NCBI GenBank assembly: GCA_043228905.1
Contig: JBHGNT010000021.1
Span: 1,240,001-1,304,000 of the forward strand
Direction of reading: 5' to 3'
DNA length: 64,000 nucleotides
Source of the DNA: Azolla caroliniana
Lineage: Eukaryota > Plantae > Polypodiophyta
Each line of letters starts with the position of its first letter. Positions within the stretch are counted from its first letter, which is position 1. This document shows positions 1 to 25,507 of the stretch, piece after piece. The position numbers and the translations under genes were made by a program. The notes beneath the pieces were generated by a model that ran no database searches, had not been told where the DNA came from, and worked only from the letters and a program-made list of their open reading frames with translations.

Positions 1-760
1 TCCTTAAATGTCTAACAATATCCGAAAAGCCTTCAGCACTAGACCAAATGCTCTACTCATGCAGTGGCTAGAAGCCCTTGGTATCCCTGTAAATATGCAA
101 TGGGGAATCTGTGCAGAATTGGAGTAAAACAAGGATGCCCACTATCATCCACTTTCTTCAGTGTCTATATAGATGATGTATGGTTCAGCAGTTCAGGGGC
201 ATGACTAGTGGGTATACCATACAAATATTACTATTATGTTGATGATACTGTGTTTATCTCCAATCCTCTAGAGGAACTACAAAGACATGTAAACACCTAA
301 AATCATTTTTTATGGACAAAGGTTTGTTGGTAAACATAGATTAAATTAAGGGATGGTGTTTAACATCAGTCAAGCACGGGCAACAAGATCAGAACCAAAA
401 TTCTTCTTGGGTGAGGAAAGGGCGGCATATATACACGATCCTACACATACCTAGGAGAACAGTCATAGTGCCTAGGTTCTCCTTACAGAAGGCTGCCTGT
501 TCTAGACTTTCTCATGGATTTGCAGCCCTTGGTGCTCCTGAAAGACAATGTGAACATTTGCAGGTTCAAGTACCAAGAACTAAATTGTGGCTATTTGATG
601 CAATTGTCACACCTATTCTTCTCTATGGAGTAGAAACCTGGGGACCTATTTGTAACAGCAAATAACTGGAAATATTTAAGGAGACCTTTAATCTCAATAA
701 TTTCCCAAGTTATAAGGAGCAAAATATTGGTGCCCCATGATATAATCTGGGCCATTATAC
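1..760 (+). mobile_element. Degraded RTE-like non-LTR retrotransposon RT fragment
   Basis: Interrupted frames give GVKQGCPLSSTFFSVYIDD (~121-177), LLYVDDTV (YADD-like) and KLWLFDAIVTPILLYGVETWG. Homologous to 12660-13060. Confidence 0.7.
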
Positions 761-1647
761 GTATTGTAAATGTACATCCTTGTGTATGTCTATAAAAAAT
801 CCAATAGAATACATCTTCCTATTCAATCTTTTTCACACATTTAAATGGTACCCTTCAGTCTGTAGATGATAGATAAAAGAGGGTTTAAAATCCCTTCCGC
901 TGAGATCATATCCTATGCTAACGTAATTATGAGTGACCAACCCAACTTATACATTATATTGGCTTTTAAAACCCTTTATTGTGAATTTTTCCTACAATTC
1001 CACAAGAAAGGCAAGAAGGAAGTCTACTATGACGACCACATCATCATCAATGGCAAGGCCGTCAAATAGGGATTTGCAGCCTATGAGACAATAGAATCAG
1101 AGCTACATATTGGAGTTCGAACCTACAACAGAGCACTTTGGACACATCCAAGAAGAATGGAAGAGATCATGGCAAAACGAGACATACTCCTCATTATAAA
1201 GAAGCATCAGAGCCGAAAGAAAGGTCTTCTTGGGTGGAGGGAGCACCAGAACATAACTGTCGTTGCTCCTCATGTCTGATCCAATCTATTACACAAGTAT
1301 CAGGATACAAGGCACATGTGCCATACCAGCAATAGATCATGGACATCATTAATTGCATGTCTGATCCACCCAAAGACACCCAGATGCACTCAATGAACTT
1401 CATCACAGCTCCAATCAACCTTGAATACTATTATCCATATCAACGTACCACTACCAATCCCATTCATAATAATTACGCGTTTCAATGTAAACTATCTCAA
1501 CGCCTGCATCAAGATCATTATCACATATGTTCACAAAACCTAAAGCATTTGATTTTGTATAAATATGGATAACTTGAATTTACCCATCATTTGTCTCATA
1601 GGCCAATTTAAGCTTCTAATAAACGTCAATATATCCAAATTTCGCAT

Positions 1648-2082
1648 TCACAAAGAAAGAAAACAACGAAGAAGACGCAACAAGAAATACCAGTTCTTTT
1701 CTGCTTGCAAATAAAAGATGGGTTTCATATCTTCCTTCAGCTCAAGCTTCCATGAAAGAGCTTTCAGGTATAGAAACATCCCATTGTTGTTAATTCCTCT
1801 CAAATACACAGGTTTCTCTGTATTAGGGTTCCGAAACACATTGTTCTCCATACTAAGCTTTAGAAACCTGTCTTTATCTGTATCATGGTTTTCCTCTTCC
1901 TTGAAGTAAGGTAAAGTAGTGAAAGAAACAGGTGTTTCATCTTCATATTCTAACCAGTAATTTCCAACACTTTCACAATTCACTTCCATGTCATCCTCAT
2001 CCTCATCTGAAGAAGAATTAGAATTGAGGTCATTTCTTCCATCACAATTCTGTGTGTTCTCTGCATTTTCGTCTTCAGCCAT
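1648..2082 (-). pseudogene. EDM2: EDM2-like N-terminal (DNMT1-RFD/RFTS) domain exon, truncated by a stop
   Basis: ATG at 2082, then an acidic stretch, ESVGNYWLEYEDETPVSFTTLP, VYLRGINNNG, KALSWKLEL and KNWYFLLRLLRCF. These match the recalled Arabidopsis EDM2 N-terminus (SASNYYFEDDDKEPVSFARLP, FYLRGRSDNG, KAWRYDL, NIWIKLEEPRKSY). TGA at 1648-1650 falls mid-domain. Confidence 0.65.
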
Positions 2083-2547
2083 AGGAAGACACACAGGATA
2101 GACGACAGAGCCTGAAAAAGAAAACAGATGAATGGGGAGAGGAAGAGAACCCTAATTCAAAGAAAGGGGATGAAGCACGATTTGAATTGAGAAGAAATGG
2201 TGGAGATTTTAGATCAATATGGACGACATCAGGTGAAAATTGCCCACCATGGTAGACGATATTCCCTCAGAACGGATGAATCAAATGATTACTCGTCAAT
2301 CTAATGAAATATATCCCTGCAATTTTTGGCAGTAGCCGTGTAATTTACAACATGTGCGTTTAAGCTTGGGTTCTAAACCCTTACTATTTGAATGAAACAT
2401 AATAATGCTTAATAATGGAGTAATTGTGCCAACATCATAATTAAAGCGTTGATCTGATTTGATACCATAATAATCTGCTAAGTTAGCATGATAATCCGAT
2501 GTGTTTGCATGATTATATAGTTTTGATTCACTCGAGCTAGATCCTAA

Positions 2548-3013
2548 TGTAAGAATGAGATAAGGATATAAAAGATAAATAGATAAGAAAGGAGAGAGAG
2601 AAAGAAGGGTGCCGATCCACCCGACCACCCCCGAGCGAAGGGATCGAGACAGACTCTAGCCTTGATCAGCATCGCATACCACCGTTGTGGCGTCGAGTCG
2701 TACATGGTACTGGCACGCTCGCTACAAGAGTTGATCCACCACAAGGACAGAGTCTTGACGTAGTCAAGAGATGACCAAATGAGGGAAGTTAAGCCTCATA
2801 TTTATAGCCAGACCTAAGGGCCCCATGCAAGTTCACACACTGGCCTTCATGGGTTGTCTCAATCCCAATGATTAAAATTAAAAGTAATCCTTCCCTTCTT
2901 TACACTCTCATTTAACCCTCGCACTTTATCCACGTGTATAGAATACTACGATACAATCTTACCACGGGATATTATATGGGCATGCCCGTATGCTATAACA
3001 TACTCCCCCTCTT
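2548..3013 (-). mobile_element. LTR (TG..CA) with adjacent polypurine tract; 3' LTR of a non-coding or decayed LTR element
   Basis: Minus strand reads AGAGGGGGAGTA (PPT), then TGTTATAG (3000) to TTCTTACA (2548). Related copy at 13966-15374. Confidence 0.65.
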
Positions 3014-4639
3014 TAAAACATTGCACTCTTGCAATGAAAAGTTAGGGAAGTTAGTTTTAAGAGTATTTAGTTAGATTGGTCCACTTAGGTTTTACCATAA
3101 TCAATCTATTCGATCTACTTACATTGTACAATAATCTATCTATTTTATCTAATCAGATTGCATCATAATTAATCAATTTGACTAATAAGGTTGCATCATA
3201 AAATCATTAGTTTGATCTAATTGTGTTGCATCACCACTTGAACTGTATAGATAATGCTTTTGTTTAGTTGATATGCATAAGGCCTCGTTGCTATTTGTTT
3301 CCCGAAGATTGTTAAAAGACGCGTTTTAGCTAAAACGAAGTCCGTTTGCAACTATTGGTAGCAATTAGCAATAGTTCAACAGCCAACTTGAGCCAAACTA
3401 AACCACAAACCTTATGACTTGTCAACTTGCACTAGAATTTTGTATGCTTTCCCCATTCAAATTTCCAAATTTCCAAATGGTTTTGGGTTCAATTTACCTT
3501 GGACTTTCAAGGGTCCAATTTAGCTTAGTATGAGCCTCTATCAACTTAACAATTTGCAATTTGAACAGCTACAACATGCAAGTTAAACAACTTGAAGACT
3601 TGAACCTAGGACAATTTTTAACTTATTAAAAAAATCTCAATCTAAACAACTTCAAATCACAACATAACCTCATGTTAAAAACGTAAATGGTTTGCAACAT
3701 AAACATCTTCAAACCACAACTTGGGTGGCTTACTCAAACAACTTCAAGTTGCAAAGACCTAGGACAATTTTTAAATATTTATTAAATAAAAATTAACATT
3801 TCAAAAGTTAAAAGCTATAGTCTATTAACATGATAAGTGTAAAGCACTTCTTCAAACAACTTCAAGTTGTGGCCTAACCAGCTTAAAGACTTGATGTTAT
3901 GAATGACAACCGATATTTTCTACTTTACTCAACTTAATAGCAACAGACCTTTGGTTAGAAAAATTCTTTGTTAAAGAGTTGAAAATTTAATGCAAATGTG
4001 TGGTTTGCACCAAGCCATGAAACCATGGCTTAATGGTTTGTAACTCACTTACCATTTGGTTTGAGCTTAAAAATCCCTTAAAACATTTGGCTTCAACAAT
4101 TTTAGCTTAACAGTTCAGCTTGACATAATTTAGCAGTTCAAAATGTTTAAATGGTTTTAGTTAGAGACTCCTGAGCTAAACCATTTCAGCTAAGCATTTC
4201 TAATTGGTTGCTAGTGGCACTTCAATACTCTTGCACTAGAAATTTGAAGGGATGAATTATGGGATAGAAAGTTCAAAAAGAGTAGGATGTATATGGCATG
4301 ATTGTTGTAAGGTAAAAGCAACAGACACTTCACGATCAGCAAAAATGTGTGAATGGTGTGGATTACAAGTACAAAAAAAGTGAGCTTTTTAGTGGTATCA
4401 ACATAGGCATATGAGTTGGTGCCCTATTAGGATTCTTAAAATTTTTATGAGCAATAATAAAAACGGAACCTTTGAAAGATTGATGATCCTACCAAACTTC
4501 TTTTGCAAGAGACTGGGAAAGGCTGGCATGAGTATTCCATGCTAAATTTCTTCCCATTGTAGCACATTGATATACAATGCTAAAGTTCATGAAGAACTCC
4601 ACGGAATATTTAATTGCAAGGCAATGCGTAAATATGCCT

Positions 4640-16735
<12,096 letters not shown>

Positions 16736-19530
16736 ATTTCTCTCTATACAACTTCTTCTTCTTCAATGGTGTTTCTTCTCTTCACACAGTCTATGCAAAT
16801 TTCCACTTACTTTTGAGTCCTTGTTTAGTAGGATTGACAGACGTCCAGGGATCATGGTGTCACTGGACTTCACAGTCCATGCAATTTTGCACTTACTTTC
16901 AGTCCTTGTTTAGTAGGATTGACAGGCGGCCCTGCCACAGTAGGCATAAAACTCCAATCATGGCCATACTAATACATCAATCTCATTCGTGATTCCTTGG
17001 TCGGCCCATTCGATGACTGCAGGTTTTCAATCTTGATCTTCTGAGTTTGATTCTTGCTAACATGTTGTTTTAGAGCTGGAAGGAAGTCTCGTCAGGGTAT
17101 ATGAAATTGTATATAAGACTTAAGCTTCACATACAACATGTCTTTTCATTGACGCACTTGTTTTATCCACAAGGATAGATAATACCAGTGCCTTCATTTA
17201 AATTTATCTTGCCTAAAGAGAATTATATAAGAATTTATCTTTCGACAATGGTCGTCATATATGATTTTCCATGACCTAACAACCAAGCCCATACATCTCG
17301 CGTGAGTACATATTTTTCTTCATTAAATCTTTTTTCCATCTAGATACTTAGGATATAGTATCATGGGCTTGATTGTGTGTTCAACGGAAAAAGGTTTACT
17401 TGTATCTCTTCGAAGGTGAATAAATAATGCTCATCCTCCTCAAAAGTAAGAGATTTTGAGTGCCAAGACGAATTAGACTTTAACCGATAGGTGAAATAAT
17501 AGTCGCCTCAGTAGATTGTTGTGAATGCTAATTAATTGGGATGATAAAGTCTTGTTTTTTCTAAAACTACTTTGTGATTTTCTGTTGTCATTTGCTTTGA
17601 ATTATTTGTGAATGTCATCGAAGATAAACTACTTTTATGCGTACGTATATATATATATATATACGGTTGAAGAGCCTACTTCGTTATTGCAATCACAAAC
17701 CCCCACTCACGAGTAATTTCTAACTCATCACAAACCATATTCATATGGTTCGTGAGAAGGTTGCGTATTAGCCAAAAGATTAGGCATGTTTAGTGGGGTC
17801 CATGTTCACTATTGTAAACATGTAAAATTGTAATAACAATGGGTTTCATCAATCTACTTCAGATCATTTCATCGAGGTCAACAATGCAAATATTGATTTC
17901 TATTCACTCTCTATTCATGAACCCTCATGTCGGGATGGGTATTTACTAACCACATTTTCCATATATTTCTGATACCAATTTCAATTCATCGTCTAGCTTT
18001 CATGAACCTTCCCATAAAGTTGGGTCGATACGCGATGATTCTATGTGACAAGAGTGAGTGGATTAGTTTATCATACATTCATTGAAACTCGTGTAAAAAA
18101 ACTAATGTTGGTCCATCCAAATATTTATTGGATGGAAGGTTACGCATAATCATAACTTGGAATTAGAATGGTTATCACAATTTTTAATTACGACACAATT
18201 TATGGCAATACCTCGCATGATGCAAGGGCACGATAGATGTTTCATGTTGATGAATGATTGTCATCATACAAGTTAAACTTGAAATATATTGATTTCCATC
18301 ATCTTCAAGATAAAGAACATTATAGATGTTTCGTGTCGATGAACAATTGTCATCGTACAAGTTAAACTTGAAATGTATTGATGAGCAATGGATACGACGG
18401 AGTGGTGGATGCTACAAGCTCAATTAGATCAAGCATGGATGTTGAAAGGGTTAAGTGACGACGTCTAGATCTAGGAGAATTGGATATTATTTTGTGGGTA
18501 ATCCTAAGGCGACTAATATTTGGGTGAGAAGTAAGATCGGTATAGACGTTCGGTGGAGTGATTGAAATAAGCATACTTTGAGCCAAATGTAAATTATCAG
18601 ATGATGCATGTGATCGACAAAGAGGGGCATTGAACAATTGGACAAATATGATGGAACTGATCCTTATTGCAATGCATATTCTTTGGCTATAAGGAAAATT
18701 ACGTTGATTTTCTTGCGAGTAAAATATGGAATAAAAATAAAAGTGTACAATTATTCTGGCTAATCTTGATCCTTATCATGAGGCATATTGGAAGCTTAAC
18801 CCATATTTTGAGATTAATTGTTAGATCAGTGCCAACCTGCAACTTCTTGAAGCATTTGATGATTTAATATTTCACCCTTACTTATCTCTTGAGTGCCTAT
18901 GATATCCACAATAAATATTTTTTCTTCACTAAGTAGCATTTGATCATTTAATATTTCACCCTTGCTCATCTATTGAGAGCGCAGGGTATCCACAAAAATG
19001 TTTTTTTCTTCAAACCTAATCGTTGAATTCTAGTGCAGACCTTAGTTTGTTTGATCTAGAGGTAATGATAGAAAGATCTTATCAATGTTTGCTCCTAAGG
19101 GAATAAATTATGTAATATTGGATATGTCTTGTGAGTCAAGTCTCTGTATTGATTTGGATACATCTATTATACCATGATTCCTCAGTTTTCTATGGTTATA
19201 CGTATTCACAAAAAGCTAAATTAGTTATGATTATATTTATAATTGAGTCTTCAATTCCTTGTTAACACTCATGAAATGATAGTATGAAGAATTCATTAAT
19301 TCCCTTGACTTGTTTATAGTTAACTATATTACTTTAATGGTCAATGTATCTAATGTGTTGATTCTTTTTTTTGTAGATTACAAGATTGATCAATAACCAC
19401 GAGTAAGCCCATTGAGGGAGTGCGTCATTCACATGCCTATAGCAAGGCGTTATGGAGGGGTCACTTCAATGTCACATCTTGGCATCGAGAGACCACATAG
19501 GCTACTTGCATAAAACAAGGTGTTGGAAGC

Positions 19531-20072
19531 GACGAACAACTATCTATGGAGATCTAAGAAAAACTAGGGCTAGACTTCAAATAATTCTTGATGCAGGACA
19601 AGAATAAGTGGGTAGGGCACAATGCACCTCCTCCTCTCCCCCCCACCCCAAGGCTATTGACACGGTGCAAGGCCTCGACAATTGGAGACCGCGCGGGATT
19701 ATGGTTTGGGCATGGGGTGGGCAAGCGGACAAATCCGTTGCATGTGACGAACAACTATCTATGGAGATCTAAAAAAACTAGATCTAGACTTCAACGGATG
19801 ATTGATGTAGGACAAGAATAAGTGGCTAGGGCACAATGCACCTCCTCCCTACCCCAAGGCTATTGACATGGTACAAGACCTCAACAATTGGAGACCGTGG
19901 GATTACGGTATGGGCATGAGGTGGGCAAGCGGACAAATCTGTAAACCACGACCGTGCTCCCCCCTATAGGCAATTCACATTGACATGGTGCAAGACCTCG
20001 ACAACCAGATGGAGACTGCGGGATTATGGTTTGGGCACGGGGCGGGCTAGCGGACAAATCCATAAACCACGA
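19531..20072. repeat. GC-richer ~215-bp tandem repeat (2 full copies + 1 partial) upstream of ClpC
   Basis: gacgaacaactatctatggagatctaa starts at 19531 and 19746. The sub-unit attgacatggtgcaagacctcgacaa...gcggacaaatc recurs at ~19978. Confidence 0.85.
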
Positions 20073-20205
20073 TGAGGAATCCCCTGGGACTCAAAGGGTG
20101 TCCGGGAGGTGAATGGCCCGGACACAGCCCAAGTGTGAACACACAGTTGTGTGTGTGTATAGAAACTGAAGTCTTTGTAGCCATATCCACTAAATCTTCT
20201 CATTG

Positions 20206-20257
20206 AAGAAGAAGAAGAAGAAGAAGAAGAAGAAGAGGAGGAGGAGGAGGAGGAGGA
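20206..20257. repeat. (GAA)n(GAG)n microsatellite in the ClpC 5' leader
   Basis: Directly visible. Confidence 0.9.
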
Positions 20258-20310
20258 GACAGGGGTGGGTGTTGTGAATTTCTTCTCCCTCTCCCGTCAA
20301 GAAGCTCGCC

Positions 20311-23100
20311 ATGGCAGGGGCTTTAGCAGCAGCAGCAGGAGCTTCTGTTATCTCGGTGAATGTGGTGGCCCCTTCTTCATGTTCCCCTTCATCCCCTTCA
20401 TCTTCCTCTACTACCTCCGCACATCTTCCACAAGTAAGTTCTTTCTCGGGTTTTCGCCGCCTCTCCGTTCTTGACAGGAGCATCGCTAGAAACCCTAAAA
20501 CCTTCCATGACACCGTGTCGAAATCTCTCTCCCTACCTTCTCCTTCAACAAGAAGAAAAGGCAGTAGGAAATCGGTTCCTATGGCCATGTTCGAAAGGTT
20601 CACCGAGAAGGCCATAAAAGTAATCATGCTTTCTCAAGAAGAAGCTCGTCGCTTGGGTCATAACTTTGTTGGAACCGAACAAATCCTACTCGGCCTCATT
20701 GGAGAAGGCACTGGAATCGCCGCGAAAGTGTTGAAATCCATGGGCGTGAACCTGAAAGATGCTCGTGTTGAAGTCGAGAAAATCATTGGCCGAGGAAGTG
20801 GTTTTGTCGCCGTCGAGATTCCCTTCACACCTCGTGCCAAACGTGTCCTGGAACTCTCCCTAGAAGAGGCACGTCAACTCGGGCACAACTACATTGGGTC
20901 AGAACACTTGCTCCTCGGCTTGCTCCGAGAGGGAGAAGGTGTAGCAGCCAGAGTTTTAGAAAACCTAGGGGCAGACCCGAGCAATATAAGAACCCAAGTA
21001 ATAAGGATGGTTGGGGAGAGCACAGAGTCTGGAGCAGTTGGAGCTGGGGTTGGGGGTGGGAGCACAAACTCGAAAATGCCCACTTTAGAAGAATTTGGCA
21101 CGAATTTGACCAAGTTAGCTGAAGATGGTAAACTTGACCCTGTCGTAGGACGGCAACCTCAAATAGAGAGGGTTACCCAAATCCTTGGAAGAAGAACAAA
21201 GAACAATCCTTGCCTTATTGGAGAGCCCGGGGTTGGGAAAACTGCCATTGCCGAGGGTCTCGCACAACGTATAGCTGGTGGGGATGTCCCCGAGACGATA
21301 GAAGGCAAGAAGGTTATTACTCTTGATATGGGTCTTCTTGTCGCTGGGACTAAATATAGAGGAGAGTTTGAAGAGAGACTTAAGAAGCTCATGGAAGAGA
21401 TTAAGCAAGCCGATGACATCATTCTCTTCATAGATGAGGTTCATACCTTGATTGGGGCAGGGGCCGCTGAGGGTGCCATTGATGCTGCCAATATATTGAA
21501 ACCCGCCCTTGCAAGAGGTGAGCTTCAATGCATTGGTGCCACCACTCTTGATGAATACAGAAAGCATATTGAGAAGGATCCTGCCTTAGAGAGAAGGTTC
21601 CAACCTGTCCAAGTTCCTGAACCCACAGTAGATGAGACTATACAAATCTTGCATGGTCTCCGAGAGAGGTATGAGATCCATCACAAGCTTCGATACACTG
21701 ATGAATCCTTAGTAGCTGCAGCTCAGCTTTCTTATCAGTATATAAGTGACCGGTTTCTTCCTGATAAGGCCATCGATTTGATTGATGAGGCGGGTTCTCG
21801 GGTGCGTTTGCGTCATGCCCAGTTGCCTGAAGATGCCAAAGAACTCGATAAGGAGTTGAGACAAATCACCAAGGATAAGAATGAAGCCGTAAGAGGGCAA
21901 GACTTTGAAAAGGCAGGAGAGCTCCGTGATCGTGAAATGGAGCTTAAAGCACAAATCTCGGCTTTGCTCGAGAAAGGAAAAGAGAAAGCGAAAGCTGAAA
22001 GTGAATCTGGAGATGCGGGGCCTGTTGTGACTGAATCCGATATACAGCAGATTGTGGCTGCATGGACTGGAATTCCGGTTGAGAAAGTCTCCATCGATGA
22101 GTCTAGCCGGTTGCTAAAGATGGAAGAAACACTCCACAATAGAGTGGTTGGGCAAGATGAAGCCGTGAAAGCTATTAGCCGTGCAATCCGGCGTGCACGT
22201 GTAGGTTTGAAGAATCCAAACCGTCCAATCGCGAGTTTCATCTTCTCGGGTCCAACTGGTGTTGGGAAATCAGAACTTGCAAAAGCATTGGCGGCCTACT
22301 ATTTCGGGTCAGAAGAGGCCATGGTTAGGCTTGATATGAGTGAGTTCATGGAAAGGCACACAGTCTCAAAGCTCATTGGTTCACCTCCAGGCTATGTAGG
22401 ATATAGTGAAGGTGGCCAACTCACGGAAGCCGTCCGAAGGCGTCCATATACGGTTGTGCTATTTGATGAGATTGAGAAAGCTCATCCTGATGTGTTTAAC
22501 ATGATGCTTCAAATCTTGGAGGATGGTAGACTAACTGATAGCAAAGGGCGTACAGTGGATTTCAAGAACACACTCCTCATCATGACTTCTAATGTTGGAA
22601 GTAGTGTTATTGAGAAAGGTGGGGGTGGTATTGGATTTCAGCTTGATTATGGCGAGAAAGATAGTAGTTACAATAGGATAAAGAGCCTCGTCAACGAGGA
22701 GTTGAAGCAATATTTCAGGCCTGAGTTCTTGAATCGTCTAGACGAGATCATTGTATTCAGGCAACTAACCAAGTTGGAAGTGAAGGAGATTGCCGATATA
22801 ATGCTCAAAGAGGTGTTTGAAAGGCTGAAGAAGAAAACCATTGATTTACAAGTAACTGAGAGGTTCCGTGACCGTATAGTGGACGAAGGGTATAGTCCGA
22901 GTTATGGAGCAAGGCCATTGAGGAGGGCGATAATGAGGCTTTTAGAGGATAGTATGGCAGAGAGGATGCTTGGAGGTGAGATAAAAGAAGGGGATTCGGC
23001 TATTATCGATGTGGATACTGAAGGGAATGTAACTGTCTTGAATGGTACGACGGGAACGTCCTCTAGTGTGGCTATTGATGCCCCAGCGGGTATTGCTTAG
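20311..23100 (+). CDS. clpC: Chloroplast ATP-dependent Clp protease chaperone ClpC (Hsp100/Hsp93), 929 aa, single exon
   Basis: Ser/Ala-rich transit peptide, then [37 protein letters not shown] (Clp-N). Walker A motifs GEPGVGKT and GPTGVGKS, Walker B ILFIDEVH and [13 protein letters not shown] coil, C-terminal YGARPLRR. Uninterrupted ORF. Confidence 0.97.
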   Translation: MAGALAAAAGASVISVNVVAPSSCSPSSPSSSSTTSAHLPQVSSFSGFRRLSVLDRSIARNPKTFHDTVSKSLSLPSPSTRRKGSRKSVPMAMFERFTEKAIKVIMLSQEEARRLGHNFVGTEQILLGLIGEGTGIAAKVLKSMGVNLKDARVEVEKIIGRGSGFVAVEIPFTPRAKRVLELSLEEARQLGHNYIGSEHLLLGLLREGEGVAARVLENLGADPSNIRTQVIRMVGESTESGAVGAGVGGGSTNSKMPTLEEFGTNLTKLAEDGKLDPVVGRQPQIERVTQILGRRTKNNPCLIGEPGVGKTAIAEGLAQRIAGGDVPETIEGKKVITLDMGLLVAGTKYRGEFEERLKKLMEEIKQADDIILFIDEVHTLIGAGAAEGAIDAANILKPALARGELQCIGATTLDEYRKHIEKDPALERRFQPVQVPEPTVDETIQILHGLRERYEIHHKLRYTDESLVAAAQLSYQYISDRFLPDKAIDLIDEAGSRVRLRHAQLPEDAKELDKELRQITKDKNEAVRGQDFEKAGELRDREMELKAQISALLEKGKEKAKAESESGDAGPVVTESDIQQIVAAWTGIPVEKVSIDESSRLLKMEETLHNRVVGQDEAVKAISRAIRRARVGLKNPNRPIASFIFSGPTGVGKSELAKALAAYYFGSEEAMVRLDMSEFMERHTVSKLIGSPPGYVGYSEGGQLTEAVRRRPYTVVLFDEIEKAHPDVFNMMLQILEDGRLTDSKGRTVDFKNTLLIMTSNVGSSVIEKGGGGIGFQLDYGEKDSSYNRIKSLVNEELKQYFRPEFLNRLDEIIVFRQLTKLEVKEIADIMLKEVFERLKKKTIDLQVTERFRDRIVDEGYSPSYGARPLRRAIMRLLEDSMAERMLGGEIKEGDSAIIDVDTEGNVTVLNGTTGTSSSVAIDAPAGIA

Positions 23101-25454
23101 GTGGTTATTTATTTGGGTGGACATTTTGGGCAGAAATTGTCACATATTTGCATTTTTTAAAGCATTTTGCATCGGAGTAGCATAGTCTAGATATTGATGC
23201 CTAATGGAAGTATCATCCTCATCGTCATCATAAGATCTTTATATGATCTCCATACATGAAGTTGATGCTGATTCAGATTTGGATTTTTATCAATTAATGT
23301 TCATTTATGTTTTCTGTTGAAAGATTGTTTTGATACGATATCTATACTGGTGTAGGGTTTAGTGTTTAAAAATTAGGGTTTTAAATCAGAGTGGCTAAGA
23401 GGACTCGAGATTTCTTTGAAATTTTTCTGTTGTGGACCGCTCTTTAGTTCTGCATAGTGCTGTTTTTTTAAGTTCATTCTTTTGAGCGTTTCCTTGGGAA
23501 GCAAGGTATTTTGATGGCATAAATATAAAGAACAAATTTGATGACTTCAACCTAAGCGCCCATGGGGTTTTGAGGAAAGTAGTAATATTGTAGATTGTGG
23601 CGTTAAAGAGCATGGGTTGATGAGTTAAAAAGAGTTGTAGAGTTCACCAATGATGCAATAGACAACAATTTTTCTTATTCAAGAGTTATATTCTTCTTGG
23701 TTACAAGAGTTATATACAATGTGAAGTGTATGGGAGATTGGGATATCCTGCCTGATTATCAAGCATAAGAATGCCACTATGACGTGAAGAGCACCTTCAT
23801 GTCAGTTGATATCAATGTAAATTTCAGGGGTAAATATGGAAGGCACAAGGAGTTGAGTCATGTTTATTATAATCATGACATAGGTTCACATCCAAAGGAT
23901 GGTGTATGCCTATATTCTTATTCAATGGATAAACCTGATTGGGTATTTTTGAAAGTTGTTTATGTATTGACGAGAGTTTGTGTTAGTTGAAGAACCACTT
24001 GCTTTTGTGAATTAGTGGCAGTCAAATAAATTGTATTGCTTCTTCAATTCCTTTGTTCATTTAGGTATGCTAAAGTTTATATAATTTTTTTGTAAGTGTG
24101 GATCCCTATAAATTGGTGCATTCTGTGGGTATCTAGACAATCTAGTTGTCCATTGCTTTAGGATGGGTTTGAAATTGAAGCACAATTAGATATATTGTAA
24201 ACTTGGACAACATAATTATTGAAAACTTAGGATAGTTCCTATTAGCTTTTATGTTGTTGTGGAGATTAGAAGTCTGAACAAGCTGTGTGCTACAAAAGGG
24301 GTAACTCAAGGTTTTTATATTGGAGAGTGATGAGTCAATAGAATTAATTCGTACAAAGAACTTGGAGGGATTGGTCAATTTAAAGCACATGGGCATCTTA
24401 AGAAGAGTTGAGATTCGAAATTTAGATTTGAGATCAATGAGATTGTTTTCCCAAAAAGTAACTTTATTGCAACAATAAAGCACAAGTTCGTTGTAATAAG
24501 AATTGAGATTTTATATGGGTTTGAGCAATTGGTGCAATCCAAAGGATTATAGTAAGATATATGTACAATAGGCAAAAACTAACATTAAACATGGAAATAC
24601 TCTTTAGACAAGCGTCATTGATGTTAAAATTTGTGAAGATGCAAGCAATGGATAAGACGAGAGCTAGAAAACGCTACACTAGGATAGCATGCCCATTTGC
24701 AAGACGAAATATTGTTAGCTCAACAAATGGAATCTTCAATGATGTGGAATGGAATGGAAGATAGTTTTTGAGACAACATCGTAACTAGTCCTCAATGATG
24801 TGGAATGGGCAACTTAGGGCTACAAAAAGTCTAGGATAGTGAAGTTTGCATGCACATTCATGAGAAGAATTGTCATCAAGTCAATATATTGAATGATGTA
24901 AAGAAACTAGATGTACAACTATTGATCACAATGATTTTGATATTTAGCATTTCAAGTGATATATATGAGATGTTAACACAACAATTGTGGATAAAGAAAC
25001 TATATGCTCAAATAAAAAGAAAACCATCCCCAAAACATGAAAGAGAACCCACCCAGAGATCTTTAATGCCGGGCCATTTCAGAGAAGGGACAAACCGTTC
25101 TGAATGATAACATACCACATCATTTGAAGCATCAATAACAATCATTAAAGAAATTATGCATGTGATGGACGGTGATTAAAAAGGCTAACTAGAGACAAGA
25201 ATATAGAGATTTCGACAAAGGCGAAGCAAAGACGGCAAGTTGATGCAAGGAAAGGACACTGGATGGTGCATATGTGTGAATGTGTGCGCGCGCGTGGGGA
25301 CATTTTCTTTTCTGTGGTGTGTATGTAGGCATCATTAAAAAAGAATAGAGACCATAAGATTTGAGGACCAAAAGAGAAGTGAACAAAATCTGAAAGCACC
25401 CAATTGGAGTTCAGAGTTTTATCCAATTGTGAAGATGAAGTGAACAAACAAATC

Positions 25455-25457
<3 letters not shown>

Positions 25458-25501
<44 letters not shown>
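25458..25501. repeat. (GA)n microsatellite immediately upstream of the TerC ATG
   Basis: Directly visible. Similar GA/CT tracts precede PRPS6 (~37407) and PITP (~60263, ~60438). Confidence 0.9.
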
Positions 25502-25505
<4 letters not shown>

Positions 25506-25507
25506 CC

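Noticed and set aside
20658-23124. Multiple antisense ORFs over ClpC (and likewise over the L1 and copia)
   Set aside because: Shadow ORFs of long coding sequences with no motifs.
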